IMG/VR virus record: IMGVR_UViG_3300021399_000005
Location: 32,001-96,000 of that record
Origin: a virus
Taxonomy: Duplodnaviria; Caudoviricetes
Direction: 5' to 3' (one strand)
DNA length: 64,000 nt
The notes beneath the pieces are model-generated. The model saw only the letters and a program-made list of their open reading frames with translations. It did no database searches and had not been told where the DNA came from. A program made the position numbers and the translations under genes. Below are positions 43,698 through 54,106 of this stretch, piece by piece; the stretch's first letter is position 1; each line of letters opens with the position of its first letter.

Positions 43698-46019
43698 TTA
43701 AATTTTTGATGCTTGTACTATATTTGAGTTTTTAATTACTTGTACTCCTTGCGCAATTCTTCCGGTAATAGATATTTCAGAAGCTTTAATGCAAATTGAT
43801 TTACTTTGCCCAGAGATTAAAACGGCATCATCCTCCGCTAAAAGCAATGCTTCAGCGACCTCCAAGTCTTTTGCGCACATCAATCCAACTCCACCTCTTT
43901 TTTGAAGAGTTAAATCATTTAAATTAATTCTTTTTCCTAACCCATTTTTAGTAAAAATTGCAAGTTTATCATTTTCATCTCTAATTGGCAACATTGAAAC
44001 AATTTCATCGCCGTCTTTAAGAGTCATGGCTTTGACTCCTGCTGTTGTTCTTGAAGTCGTTGCAACATCTGTAGAATTGTATTTAATACACATTCCATTT
44101 TTAGTTACTAAGATAATTGGTTCATTATCCATAATTGCAACTGCGGCCAGGGTATCACCTTCGCGCAAGTTAATTGCGGCCAATCCAGTTTTCTTTCTTG
44201 TCTTTGTATATTCGCTAAGAGCTGATTTTTTAATCATTCCTTTTTTTGTTACGAATAGAACATATTTCTTTTCTGTCCCTCTCTGAATTGAATAGATTGT
44301 AGAAACATTTTCTCCAGGTTCCATTTTTACAAAACTTTGAATTGGCTGACCTTTTTTTGTATTAGTTCCTTCTGGAATATCATCAACTAAAAGCTTGTAC
44401 ATTTTTCCCTTGTCTGAGAAAACCATCAGCTGGTCAATAGTATTTGTTTTGATTATTTCTTTTGAAATATCATCAGTAGTTTTTACACCTTTACCACCTC
44501 GTCTTTGAGTTCTAAAAGAGGTTAAAGGAATTCTTTTAATTAAACCGCTTTCTGACATAATAACTACACACTGTTCTGGTTCAACAGTAGCAATATCTTT
44601 TTCGTCTTTCTTTAATTCTAACTGAATTAAATCTGTTCTTCTCTTGTCACCATATTTCTTAACAAGAGATAAAAGGATAGTTTTTACAGACTCTTTTTGA
44701 ATATTTGAATTTTCTAGCCAATTTTCAATTTCATTTATTGTTGAGATTAAAGATTTTTCTTCATTCTGAATTTCAACTTTTTCTAAGTTTGCTAAGCTAC
44801 TTAATCGCATAGCTAAAATTGCTTTTGCCTGTTCGATAGAGAATTTATATTTTTTAATTAATTCTTCTCTTGCGTCTGCGGCAGAAGGAGATTTTCTAAT
44901 TAAAGCAACTATATTATCAATATCTTCAAGAGCTTTTAACAAACCCTCAACAATATGTAATCTTGCTTTTGCTTTGTTTAAATCAAATTCTTTTTCTCTT
45001 GTTAAACATTTTAAAGCATTCTCAACATAAATATTACAACAATCTTTAAGATTTAATTCTGTTGGTGTTTTCCCAACAAGAGCAACCTGATTATATGAAA
45101 AACTTGTCTGAAGATTTGTCTTTAAGAAAAGTTGATTTGCAATATAGCTAGGGCTTTTGTCACACTCAACAACAATTCTAATTCCTTTTTTATTTGTTTC
45201 ATCCCTAATATCTGTAATACCATCAATTTCTTCTGCAACAGAACCAATTTCTGATACTAACGTTTCGACATTTGTTCCATATGGAATCTCATAAAAAACT
45301 AAATTATTCTTTTCTTCTTTATATTTTGCTCTAATTTTAACTGAACCGTGCCCAGTTCTCATAATGCTTGGAATATCGTTTTTGTTAATAACTATTCCGC
45401 CCGTTGGGAAATCTGGGCCAGGTAGCATTGGTTCTTTGCCATCCATATAATCTACAATGGCTTGCGCGACCTCGGTTAGGTTATGCGGAGCCCAAGAACA
45501 CGCGAGAGCCACGCCAATTCCTGAGTTCGGGTTGCAAAGGAGGTTTGGGAAGTACGAAGGCAAAACAACTGGCTCTTCTGAAGTTTCATCATAATTTGGG
45601 ATGAAATCTACATTATTCTTTTTTAATCCCTGCAATAACCCATCTTCTGCAATTTTTGACAATCTTGCTTCAGTATATCGAGAAGCTGCTGGACCATCCC
45701 CAATGACGTTACCGTTGTTTCCATGCCAGTCAATTAATGGATAACGCAAAACCCAATCTTGCGAAAGTCTTGCCATGGCACCATATATGGACGAGTCTCC
45801 GTGAGGATGTAGTCTGCCCATGACATCTCCTACAATTCGCGCAGCTTTTACGTGCGGTTTAGATGATGTTCTTCCTTCTGTTAAACATGAATATAAAATT
45901 CGTTTTGCAACTGGTTTTAAACCATCTGCAGCAGAGGGAATAGCTCTATCTGAATTCACAGCATAGGCATACTCAATAAAGTTTGTATGTAACTCATTAT
46001 AAATATCATTACTATTCAT
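43698..46019 (-). CDS. gyrA: Type IIA topoisomerase A subunit with GyrA-box
   Basis: DGLKPV, HPHGDSS, ASRYTE, QRRGGKG. Confidence 0.9.
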   Translation of the reverse strand: MNSNDIYNELHTNFIEYAYAVNSDRAIPSAADGLKPVAKRILYSCLTEGRTSSKPHVKAARIVGDVMGRLHPHGDSSIYGAMARLSQDWVLRYPLIDWHGNNGNVIGDGPAASRYTEARLSKIAEDGLLQGLKKNNVDFIPNYDETSEEPVVLPSYFPNLLCNPNSGIGVALACSWAPHNLTEVAQAIVDYMDGKEPMLPGPDFPTGGIVINKNDIPSIMRTGHGSVKIRAKYKEEKNNLVFYEIPYGTNVETLVSEIGSVAEEIDGITDIRDETNKKGIRIVVECDKSPSYIANQLFLKTNLQTSFSYNQVALVGKTPTELNLKDCCNIYVENALKCLTREKEFDLNKAKARLHIVEGLLKALEDIDNIVALIRKSPSAADAREELIKKYKFSIEQAKAILAMRLSSLANLEKVEIQNEEKSLISTINEIENWLENSNIQKESVKTILLSLVKKYGDKRRTDLIQLELKKDEKDIATVEPEQCVVIMSESGLIKRIPLTSFRTQRRGGKGVKTTDDISKEIIKTNTIDQLMVFSDKGKMYKLLVDDIPEGTNTKKGQPIQSFVKMEPGENVSTIYSIQRGTEKKYVLFVTKKGMIKKSALSEYTKTRKKTGLAAINLREGDTLAAVAIMDNEPIILVTKNGMCIKYNSTDVATTSRTTAGVKAMTLKDGDEIVSMLPIRDENDKLAIFTKNGLGKRINLNDLTLQKRGGVGLMCAKDLEVAEALLLAEDDAVLISGQSKSICIKASEISITGRIAQGVQVIKNSNIVQASKI

Positions 46020-46227
46020 TATTCAATCGCTCCTCCCAAAGTTTTACTTTTTTATTCCAAACTGAAAGCTCTTTTTTTATTTCTTCTTGTCTTTCTAAGC
46101 ACTCTTTTTTAAATTTTGAATTCCAACCATATCTACAATGATCACAATCTCCACAAAAAGGTTTATTTCTTTTTAAGTAATCTAATACATATAGGATACC
46201 ATCTTTAGAATACTTTTTATTTTTCAC
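46012..46227 (-). CDS. Hypothetical Cys-containing protein
   Basis: Between gyrB and gyrA. Confidence 0.6.
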   Translation of the reverse strand: MKNKKYSKDGILYVLDYLKRNKPFCGDCDHCRYGWNSKFKKECLERQEEIKKELSVWNKKVKLWEERLNNE

Positions 46228-46432
46228 GAACTATCTCCAAGTTATCCCAGGTAGTATCATATTTTCTATTATTCCATTTTATTCTAACATAATCTCCATA
46301 AAGATTACGAAATTCTCTTACATATTCTACAATTTCACCAGCTGGAATATTTGGATATTTTAATGCTGCCTGAGTCATAAAATCTTCATCGTGAATTATT
46401 CTTAATGTTCTTAGTTTTACATTATTCTGCAT
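46217..46432 (-). CDS. Hypothetical protein
   Basis: Between gyrB and gyrA; GGAG SD. Confidence 0.55.
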   Translation of the reverse strand: MQNNVKLRTLRIIHDEDFMTQAALKYPNIPAGEIVEYVREFRNLYGDYVRIKWNNRKYDTTWDNLEIVREK

Positions 46433-48335
46433 TATAGATACCTGCTTCTCCACCATGTTCTTTAATGTAAGCTTTTCTTAACATTGCGCTTTGCCCCATT
46501 AAAGTTTCAAATAAAGTATTTGTCTTTTTGATATCTTCAACCGTAATTTGTTTAATAATTCTATTATTTGGGTCTGTCAAGGTTTCTTCTGTTTCTTCGA
46601 CAGAAAGTTCTCCAAGTCCCTTTAATCTATTGACCTGGTACTTCTCTCCAGTATGCTGTTTTCTAAATTCTTCTAAAGCAGCATCATTTTTTAAGTATTT
46701 ATAACCTTTGTTTCCTCCTAAAGTAATTTTATATAAAGGTGGAACTCCAGCATAGATATACCCATCTTCAATTAGCTGTGGGCAGAAATTCCAGATAAAT
46801 GTGTAGAACAGATTCTTGATATGGGCCCCATCCACATCAGCATCTGATTCTATAATAATCTTGCCATAGCGTAAATCTTCTGGACGGTATGTAATCTTCA
46901 TTGTTTTTGTATCAATTGTTAAGCCAAACGCATCAATCATAGTCATGATTTCAGCGTTCTTCTGGATTTTTTCAAGGCTTGATTTCTGGGTGTTCAAAAT
47001 CTTACCTCGTACTGGCATTACAGCCTGAAAAGAATTGTCTCTCGCAAGTTTTAGGTTACCACTGGCACTATCACCTTCGGTTATGTAGATCTCACATTCG
47101 TGTCTAGGTTTACCTTTACAGTCAGCCAATTTAGAGTCAAACTTTAATGCTTTTTCTTTTTTCTTGTTTTGCTGTCTTACTGACTCTCTGGCTTTTTTAG
47201 CCGCATCTCTAGCCTTGCGGGCATTTATAGCCTTTTCCGCAATTACCTTAATTTCTTTCTCATTTGCGTTCATCCAGAAAACTAAATTTTCTGTAATTGC
47301 TTTTGTGAAAGGGGTCATATCAATTTTTACAATATGACTTTTTACCTGAGCGTTATAAGCAACACCTGAAGTTGTAATATTAAAAACTGCGTATAAACCT
47401 TCTTGTAGGTCATCTCCAGTTAAGTTTTTATCTTTTTCTTTTAACCATTTCTTTTCCTTAAAGAATTTATTAAACTCTCTTGTTAAAATGGTTTTTACTT
47501 GTGTGATATGAGGACCAGTTTCTGTTAAACCAGTATTTACATATGGTACAATAGTAGAACTGTAATCTGTTGTATAGGTTAAGACAAAATCCATTTTATT
47601 TTTATCGTCTGCAAAATTCATTCTAAAACGATTAGTTAAAATTTCTTTGTCTTTAACTGCTTCATCCACTAAATCATCAATGCCATTTTTAGATTGATAT
47701 AAAACTTTTTCTCCATTATTATCTAACTCAATAATTAAACCTGGACATAAAGCCGTAATAGTTTTACAGAGGTCTTTAATTTTATCAATTTCTACTTCTG
47801 TATGTGTAAAGAATTCTTCAGAAGGTTGCCATTGAACTAAAGTTCCAGTAGTTTTATTGTTCCACTTTCCACTATCACGTTTACTAAATTCACCCTCTTT
47901 AAACCAAATATGTTCATATTGATTGTCTCGATAAGTAATTACTTCTAACCAATGTGATAAAAAGGTGGGGAGCTTACTACCTATTCCAAAAGATCCCAAA
48001 GACGTCCCTTCATAAGTTCCATCGTCACGATATTTTCCAGATGTATTCAATACACTAAAAGCAGCTTCAAGAATTGTTTTTCCATCATCTCTAAAAGAGT
48101 TTGGGATAAAACCTTGACCACTATCTTCAACAATAACAATATCCTTTTGGATAGTAATGCTAATTTTATTTCCATGACCAAGTCTAAACTCATCAATAGA
48201 GTTAGATAAAATTTCAATTAAAAGCTGCGTAGAATACTCTGTATTACCACAATATACACCTGGTCTAAGTCTGGTGAACTCTAAAGGCGAGAGCGATTCA
48301 ATACTATCTTCTGTATACAATGTTTTATTTACCAT
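46422..48335 (-). CDS. gyrB: Type IIA topoisomerase B subunit
   Basis: EILSNSIDE, EGDSA, PVRGKILN, DADVDG, KGLGE. Confidence 0.9.
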   Translation of the reverse strand: MVNKTLYTEDSIESLSPLEFTRLRPGVYCGNTEYSTQLLIEILSNSIDEFRLGHGNKISITIQKDIVIVEDSGQGFIPNSFRDDGKTILEAAFSVLNTSGKYRDDGTYEGTSLGSFGIGSKLPTFLSHWLEVITYRDNQYEHIWFKEGEFSKRDSGKWNNKTTGTLVQWQPSEEFFTHTEVEIDKIKDLCKTITALCPGLIIELDNNGEKVLYQSKNGIDDLVDEAVKDKEILTNRFRMNFADDKNKMDFVLTYTTDYSSTIVPYVNTGLTETGPHITQVKTILTREFNKFFKEKKWLKEKDKNLTGDDLQEGLYAVFNITTSGVAYNAQVKSHIVKIDMTPFTKAITENLVFWMNANEKEIKVIAEKAINARKARDAAKKARESVRQQNKKKEKALKFDSKLADCKGKPRHECEIYITEGDSASGNLKLARDNSFQAVMPVRGKILNTQKSSLEKIQKNAEIMTMIDAFGLTIDTKTMKITYRPEDLRYGKIIIESDADVDGAHIKNLFYTFIWNFCPQLIEDGYIYAGVPPLYKITLGGNKGYKYLKNDAALEEFRKQHTGEKYQVNRLKGLGELSVEETEETLTDPNNRIIKQITVEDIKKTNTLFETLMGQSAMLRKAYIKEHGGEAGIYNAE

Positions 48336-48346
48336 TCCATACCTCC

Positions 48347-48571
48347 TTATTCTACTACTTTATAATCTATCTCTAAATTATTACCAATATCATCTATACG
48401 ATAATCATCAACTAAAAAGTCTAATTCTTTAATTTCATCTTCAAACCAACCAGGTTCCTCTTTAAATTCTTCAAATTCCTCATCTGTTAATTCAAGAATA
48501 CCTTCATAGTGTCCATATCTTAAATGTCCTGTTACATAATCTGGAATTGCATGAATAAGTACCTTTTTCAT
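48347..48571 (-). CDS. Hypothetical acidic protein
   Basis: SD; TTGACA-N17-TATAAT upstream (48596-48624). Confidence 0.7.
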   Translation of the reverse strand: MKKVLIHAIPDYVTGHLRYGHYEGILELTDEEFEEFKEEPGWFEDEIKELDFLVDDYRIDDIGNNLEIDYKVVE

Positions 48572-48601
48572 TTTTTACCTCTTTTCTATATAATTATTAT
48601 A

Positions 48602-48877
48602 TTATATTTTTTGTTTTTTGTCAATTATTTCATTAATTTTTTTACCATCTTCAAAACTAAAATGTCTATTAGTACATAATTTCATCATATTAAGATATTT
48701 TGGAAAAGTACGATTTTTCATATGTTTCCACCAATCCTCAATAAACGGGTGGTCTAAAATTTTTAAATATGGGATAAAACTCTCTGGATTGTCCATATCT
48801 ATTTTATCTAAAATTTCTTTTTTTGTTTCTTCGAGATAGTAAGAACCATCTCTTTTTTGAAAATAATCTTTATCCAT
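48602..48877 (-). CDS. Hypothetical protein
   Basis: GGAGG SD. Confidence 0.65.
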   Translation of the reverse strand: MDKDYFQKRDGSYYLEETKKEILDKIDMDNPESFIPYLKILDHPFIEDWWKHMKNRTFPKYLNMMKLCTNRHFSFEDGKKINEIIDKKQKI

Positions 48878-50393
48878 TTCTTACCTCCTTAATCCATTCT
48901 ACATTTTTATCTTTAAGTGTTTTTTGATTGCGTTTATGGGCTTGGTGAACGGCTTGTCTAGATATGCCAAGCGCGTTACCAACTGCCGCATATGAATCAA
49001 AATATTTACCATCTATTTTACAAATAGTTTTTGTTTCTATTTTTTCTTCTACTGTATCTTCTAAATTGTAAATTCTAAAATAATAATCTCCTAATCTTTT
49101 ATGTGAAGAAGAAGCCTTTCTAATTTCATTAGTAGAAAAATCTTTAATTTTACTAAGATATTGATAAGTTTCAATCAAATCTCCATAAACATTATATTTC
49201 GCTATTATTTTTTGTCTTTGCTGAACCTTTTTCTTATTTTCATTGACTTTTTGCTGCCAATAAGCTTGAACAACAGGGTCTGTATAATCTTTTAAAGAAG
49301 AGTCCTTTTTAGTGAAAACAAAAAGTTGGTTTTTCCACTCTTCCCTTTTTCTTCCTTTTGTTTTTATATTATATGTTTTTTGTAAAACTAATCCTTCTTC
49401 TTCAGCAATTTGAACCCAATCTGAAGTAAGAAAATATTTTACATTATTCATTTCAAAATTTTCCACATCTACACAATAGACACCATCTTTCTTGAGAGCT
49501 TTGACGCAGTTTTTTATCGTTTGACGCACAAAACAATCCAGCCATTCTTGATACTCTGGATATTTATTGACAGATTGAGTTTCTTCTTTTGTGTATTTTT
49601 CAAGAGTAAAAAATGGAGGGCATGAAAAACATAAATCAACGCTCTCTTCTTTTAACTCCAAATCTTCTGCACATTGATTATAAAGGATTGCGCTATTGGT
49701 TCTTCCGGTCACCTCTTCAATATAGCCTTGTAGTTTTACCAAATTTTGATATGTTTCTGTATTCGGGTCTGTTCCAATGTAAGTGAAGTTTTTATTTGAG
49801 GATAACGCTCCTAACATTCTTCCACCAAACCCTGCACAAAAATCATAAACAACCCCATTTTCTGGACAAAACTTTTCAAAAATTGCTTTTGCTCTCATTG
49901 GATTGTAGTTTGTAGCAGTTTTCCATCTAAACCTGGAGACCGCAAAAAACGCCGTGCGCATGTTGTGAATAACGCCAGAAGATAATGAAATTCTTAAACA
50001 GGTTTTTAAACATTCATTATTCAAAAATCTTTTTAACATAGTATTAGTATCTTTTCCACCAATACTTTCTACCATGTGTAAATTTGGAAATAAATAATCT
50101 AACAATGTTAAACCTTCAGAATAAAAAATTTCCAATGCATCTCCGCTAAAGGCAACCCTCCTTGCGCAAGCATCTTCAATCTCCTTTAAAACTCCTTCAT
50201 GATTATAATAAAAAATTGGAAACAAATTAATTTTTCTAATCTCTTCAATCATTTTGTTTAGAAGTTCTTCTTGGTCTTCGTCGGAAAGATTTCTAAAGTC
50301 TCCTGGTAAGCAAGGATTTAAAACGGGAAGAATCTTTTTATACGGGTCTTGTTTTTCTCTTGTGGGAGTAAAATTAAAATATTCGTTATTCAT
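48870..50393 (-). CDS. Orphan amino-DNA methyltransferase with C-terminal HTH-like extension
   Basis: DFCAGFGGR (motif I), FSCPPFF..EKY (motif IV variant). Confidence 0.75.
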   Translation of the reverse strand: MNNEYFNFTPTREKQDPYKKILPVLNPCLPGDFRNLSDEDQEELLNKMIEEIRKINLFPIFYYNHEGVLKEIEDACARRVAFSGDALEIFYSEGLTLLDYLFPNLHMVESIGGKDTNTMLKRFLNNECLKTCLRISLSSGVIHNMRTAFFAVSRFRWKTATNYNPMRAKAIFEKFCPENGVVYDFCAGFGGRMLGALSSNKNFTYIGTDPNTETYQNLVKLQGYIEEVTGRTNSAILYNQCAEDLELKEESVDLCFSCPPFFTLEKYTKEETQSVNKYPEYQEWLDCFVRQTIKNCVKALKKDGVYCVDVENFEMNNVKYFLTSDWVQIAEEEGLVLQKTYNIKTKGRKREEWKNQLFVFTKKDSSLKDYTDPVVQAYWQQKVNENKKKVQQRQKIIAKYNVYGDLIETYQYLSKIKDFSTNEIRKASSSHKRLGDYYFRIYNLEDTVEEKIETKTICKIDGKYFDSYAAVGNALGISRQAVHQAHKRNQKTLKDKNVEWIKEVRNG

Positions 50394-50571
50394 CTCTTAG
50401 TACTCCCCAGCTACTTCCTAATGGAACTATATTAAAACCACATTCTTTTAATTGTTCTCTAACCCAATCACAAACTTCTTCTTGCGTTTTACTTTCAAAC
50501 CAGTTTGAGCAGCTCCACATTGTTAAAGCTATTTGAAATATAATATCAATTAATTTTTGTTCTCTATTCAT
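50386..50571 (-). CDS. Hypothetical protein
   Basis: Operon-packed ORF. Confidence 0.6.
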   Translation of the reverse strand: MNREQKLIDIIFQIALTMWSCSNWFESKTQEEVCDWVREQLKECGFNIVPLGSSWGVLRDE

Positions 50572-50575
50572 CTAT

Positions 50576-50758
50576 TTAATCAAACATATCTGAAAAAAGT
50601 AATGGATAAGGGATACCGCAGAGAGTATCTTCATCTTCTGTTTCTTCTATTGTAATAGAAATATTATCTCGAATAAAACCTTCTGGGTCTTGTTCAAAAA
50701 GTTCATATTCAAGGTCTGTTAAATAAATTTGTTCTCCATTAATATAAATTTCTTTCAT
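50576..50758 (-). CDS. Hypothetical acidic protein
   Basis: AAAGGA SD. Confidence 0.6.
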   Translation of the reverse strand: MKEIYINGEQIYLTDLEYELFEQDPEGFIRDNISITIEETEDEDTLCGIPYPLLFSDMFD

Positions 50759-50835
50759 ATGTTTCTTTCCTTTCTTTATATTATTATTTTATCATATATT
50801 TTATATTTTTGCAAAATAAAAAGAGCCGTAGCTCT

Positions 50836-51306
50836 TTAGAGTTTTAATACGTCTTGAGTGGAGATTTCTCCTTTTGCCATTTTATCAACTAGTTCGTTGT
50901 ATTTATGTCCAGTATGTCCTGGCACTCTTTTTATCTGGATTTTATATCCCTTTTGTTCATGCATATAAAATTGAGCAATAACATCTAAATTTGCCGGAGC
51001 GCCACCAGTTGGAAGACTCCAACCATTTCTTTCCCAATTATACATCCAGTAGGAATAAGTTTTTCTTGCGTATTCAGAATCCGTATATAAAATTGGTGTA
51101 TTTTCTTCGTTTTTTGTGCCATAGGCTTTGAAAGCTTCTAAGATGGCCAATAGTTCTTCTCTGTTGTTTGTAGTATTTTTAGTTGTTTGCGCAGCCGCAG
51201 CTCTAATTTGTCCATCTTCAACAACTAACCAAGCATGACCGCCAATATTTTCTGCCCCAACACGATTTTCAATTCTTGTACTACCATCTGTATAGATTTC
51301 AATCAT
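50836..51306 (-). CDS. rnhA: Ribonuclease HI
   Basis: YTDGS, TNNREEL, TDSEY, GHTG..NELVD. Confidence 0.92.
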   Translation of the reverse strand: MIEIYTDGSTRIENRVGAENIGGHAWLVVEDGQIRAAAAQTTKNTTNNREELLAILEAFKAYGTKNEENTPILYTDSEYARKTYSYWMYNWERNGWSLPTGGAPANLDVIAQFYMHEQKGYKIQIKRVPGHTGHKYNELVDKMAKGEISTQDVLKL

Positions 51307-51610
51307 ATTAATTATCTCCCAAAAATTCTAAACTGATTTCAAAACCATCTTTATCAGGGTTTTCATTTAACCACTCTTCAACAAAAATCATAGCTTCTTC
51401 AAGCCCAACATTTTCAAGGGTAATAATACCATTAATCTTCACGTTGTACATCAGATTTTTCTTCCTCCTCTTTTTGTTTTTCTTCAATATAAACTTGAAG
51501 GGCGCCCATGGCGAAGTCATCCATCGTATCGTGTACACCTTGCTGATAACCAAGCCAGAAACTAAAACCTAGTGCACAACTTACCATGACAAAAATAAGA
51601 AAAAGTTTCA

Positions 51611-51934
51611 TTATTCTTCGTCCTCTTTATCTTTTTTTAATTCCTCAGCAAGTTTAAAAAGGCTTTCTTCAACTCGTTTTTTTGGAATTGATAATTTATT
51701 ATAAAAAGTATCATAATCCCAACTATTAAGCCAATCTAAGCAGTTATTACCCCTATAAGTACTTGCCTTATCTTGAACAATATAGTCAATAAGAATATCT
51801 TGTTTTTCTTCTAGAGCTACTTTTTCTTTTTCTAAAGCAATTATCATGTCGTTAGCTTTCCAGTTTTCATATTTTAAATTTGCAATATCTTCAGAAAGAT
51901 TAATAATGTGTTCTGCTAAAAAATATTCTTCCAT
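51611..51934 (-). CDS. Hypothetical protein
   Basis: AAGGAG SD. Confidence 0.65.
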   Translation of the reverse strand: MEEYFLAEHIINLSEDIANLKYENWKANDMIIALEKEKVALEEKQDILIDYIVQDKASTYRGNNCLDWLNSWDYDTFYNKLSIPKKRVEESLFKLAEELKKDKEDEE

Positions 51935-51938
51935 AATT

Positions 51939-52427
51939 TTACTCCTTTAAATCTAAATAACTATAAATTTTATCCATTACTGAAAAATTACCGTCTATTA
52001 AAAATTTTTTTCTTATTTGTTTTATTCCAATTTCAGATTTTATTGGGTCAAATAACCCGTTTAAAAAACTAACCGATATGTGTTGTATTTCTTCTGAAAA
52101 ACACAAACAAACACTACCTATTTTACTAATAATAGGCATCCATTCTTTAATTTGGTTTTCAAAAGTTAAAATTCCCTGCTCTACTCCACACAAACATGAC
52201 CCCCAAGTTTCTGGAAAATCAAGATAAATATCAAGTCTAATCTCTTCTCCTGCTGGGGAAGAAGAGGTTGTTATAATACCATTTTCTTTGTTTGGAATAA
52301 CAATACTTTCGTCTTTTTGTTCCATTAAATAAGCTTTTAAACTGCCTAATTCATGTGAAGGTGTTGTTTGGCCTATCTTATCAATAAGGTCAATCCAATT
52401 TTGAATCATATTATCATTTACAATCAT
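51939..52427 (-). CDS. Hypothetical protein, STAS/DUF4325-like C-terminus
   Basis: ISVSFLNGLF motif. Confidence 0.55.
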   Translation of the reverse strand: MIVNDNMIQNWIDLIDKIGQTTPSHELGSLKAYLMEQKDESIVIPNKENGIITTSSSPAGEEIRLDIYLDFPETWGSCLCGVEQGILTFENQIKEWMPIISKIGSVCLCFSEEIQHISVSFLNGLFDPIKSEIGIKQIRKKFLIDGNFSVMDKIYSYLDLKE

Positions 52428-52430
52428 TGT

Positions 52431-52673
52431 TTATTCTCCTATATATGCTTCTGGATAGTCCATCCATGCAACTACCTCAAAACAATTTTCCTTTGTTTCA
52501 TTATACCACAGCTTTTCTTCTGCATCGAAATATAAAGAACCAGTATAATAACCACTCGCATCGGGAACACCAAAAGACTCTAAAATTTTTTCTAACCAAT
52601 ATTCAGTTTTTATTGTTACAATATAGTTCCCCGATTTTTTGGGGGGTCTAACTTTAACAGGAATCCATTCCAA
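52431..52673 (-). CDS. DUF551-like protein
   Basis: WIPV..RPP / VVAWM..PE. Confidence 0.75.
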   Translation of the reverse strand: MEWIPVKVRPPKKSGNYIVTIKTEYWLEKILESFGVPDASGYYTGSLYFDAEEKLWYNETKENCFEVVAWMDYPEAYIGE

Positions 52674-52699
52674 ATAATCACCCTTTCTTTTATATAATT

Positions 52700-52728
52700 A
52701 TTATATAACATTTTTTGAAAAAAGTCAA
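52700..52728 (-). promoter_or_regulatory. SigmaA-type promoter
   Basis: TTGACT-N17-TATAAT. Confidence 0.75.
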
Positions 52729-52732
52729 ATCT

Positions 52733-53083
52733 TTAAAGAGGAGGATTATATGGATGTGGTAGAGGCATCCAAGCTTCTACCTGTTTAAGGTCATAAATTT
52801 CGCCATCATAGGGATCTTTCCAGGCAAGTTTACCTTCCCATTCAATTAAATTTAAAATAAAACAATCTTTCCACATCCAACAGAGAACTTCTTCATTTAT
52901 CAATGGACGAGCAACATAACAAGGAATCCAGTTACCATATTCAAGACGATATGTCACAGGAGGACGAGTTATAATTTCCTTTTCTGCAGTTCCAAAATAC
53001 CCTCCTTGATTCCTAACAATAATTTTATCATTTCTAATTTCGTCTACATATCCATGAACCCAAATTTCTTCATCAATTTTCAT
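52733..53083 (-). CDS. DUF551-like protein
   Basis: WIPC / VEAWMPLP. Confidence 0.75.
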   Translation of the reverse strand: MKIDEEIWVHGYVDEIRNDKIIVRNQGGYFGTAEKEIITRPPVTYRLEYGNWIPCYVARPLINEEVLCWMWKDCFILNLIEWEGKLAWKDPYDGEIYDLKQVEAWMPLPHPYNPPL

Positions 53084-53086
53084 ATA

Positions 53087-53407
53087 CTATACTCCTTTTG
53101 GCGGGATTGGCAATGGCATCCACGCAATTATTCCATAACAAATCCTATAATCATTTTCTACAAAGAAATCAGAATAAGAGCCGCATTGTGCGCGAAAGAC
53201 TCTTCCTATCTCCATGGCGCCAGCTTTATCACAAGCAAGAACGTCTTGATGTGGAGAAGGCAAACCATCTTTACACATTGTCCACTTTGGAGTTTCAATA
53301 TATTCTTGAGGTGGAAAAATAATGATATTACTAGGATTACTATAAGCCTTTATATCTGCCAATTGTTTTTTAAAATTAGGGTCTTCCCAAGGTTTCCAAT
53401 TACTCAT
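53087..53407 (-). CDS. DUF551-like protein
   Basis: W..C...LP / IAWMPLP. Confidence 0.75.
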   Translation of the reverse strand: MSNWKPWEDPNFKKQLADIKAYSNPSNIIIFPPQEYIETPKWTMCKDGLPSPHQDVLACDKAGAMEIGRVFRAQCGSYSDFFVENDYRICYGIIAWMPLPIPPKGV

Positions 53408-53560
53408 TACTCAAATCCCTTTCTTTTTTTATAAATTCTATAAAATTTTCTGCGCCTTGCTCATTAAAAAATTTCTCTAATAAAAGACCTATTTCCCAAG
53501 CGGCAATGGCATATCCAATTATAAACCACATACCAAAAAGTAAAGCCATAACAAATACTC

Positions 53561-53815
53561 TTAATAACATTTTACCACCTCGTCAGCACTTTGAGTCAAT
53601 TCTTTAATAATTCTATCAAGCATTTTTTCACCGTCTTCAACACTAAAACATTCTGATAGTTGTAAAAAACGAGGTTCTTCTGCCCCTGTATGATGCATCA
53701 ACGTTGCGCAAACACAAACAACACCATATTCTTCTAAGTATTTATTTTGAATACCCAAGGTTTCAATGCTATTAACATTAACAAAAATTCCATCATAAGT
53801 TTTTAAAAATCTCAT
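53561..53815 (-). CDS. Hypothetical protein
   Basis: GGAGG SD. Confidence 0.65.
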   Translation of the reverse strand: MRFLKTYDGIFVNVNSIETLGIQNKYLEEYGVVCVCATLMHHTGAEEPRFLQLSECFSVEDGEKMLDRIIKELTQSADEVVKCY

Positions 53816-53818
53816 TTT

Positions 53819-54106
53819 CTATCCTCCAAAATAAAGTGCAAGCGCAATTAAATAATGAAAGATTTTGTCTGTTGTATAATTAAAAACTTTAATACATTTA
53901 TGAAAATCAATTGCTAAATGCATTACAAACAATATAATAATTCTCCAATCAATTCCATATATAACAGCAAATGGTATACAGTATAATGCACAATGAACTA
54001 ATAAGTGATAGAAGTTGTGACTTTTAGTCTTGGCCAAAAAGTCATTTTGCAGAACATAATCTCCAACTAAATGACAAAATATTATTGTAACTATTTTTTC
54101 CACCAT
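53819..54106 (-). CDS. DUF3307-like membrane protein
   Basis: HLVGDYVLQ..H..H..D..H. Confidence 0.75.
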   Translation of the reverse strand: MVEKIVTIIFCHLVGDYVLQNDFLAKTKSHNFYHLLVHCALYCIPFAVIYGIDWRIIILFVMHLAIDFHKCIKVFNYTTDKIFHYLIALALYFGG

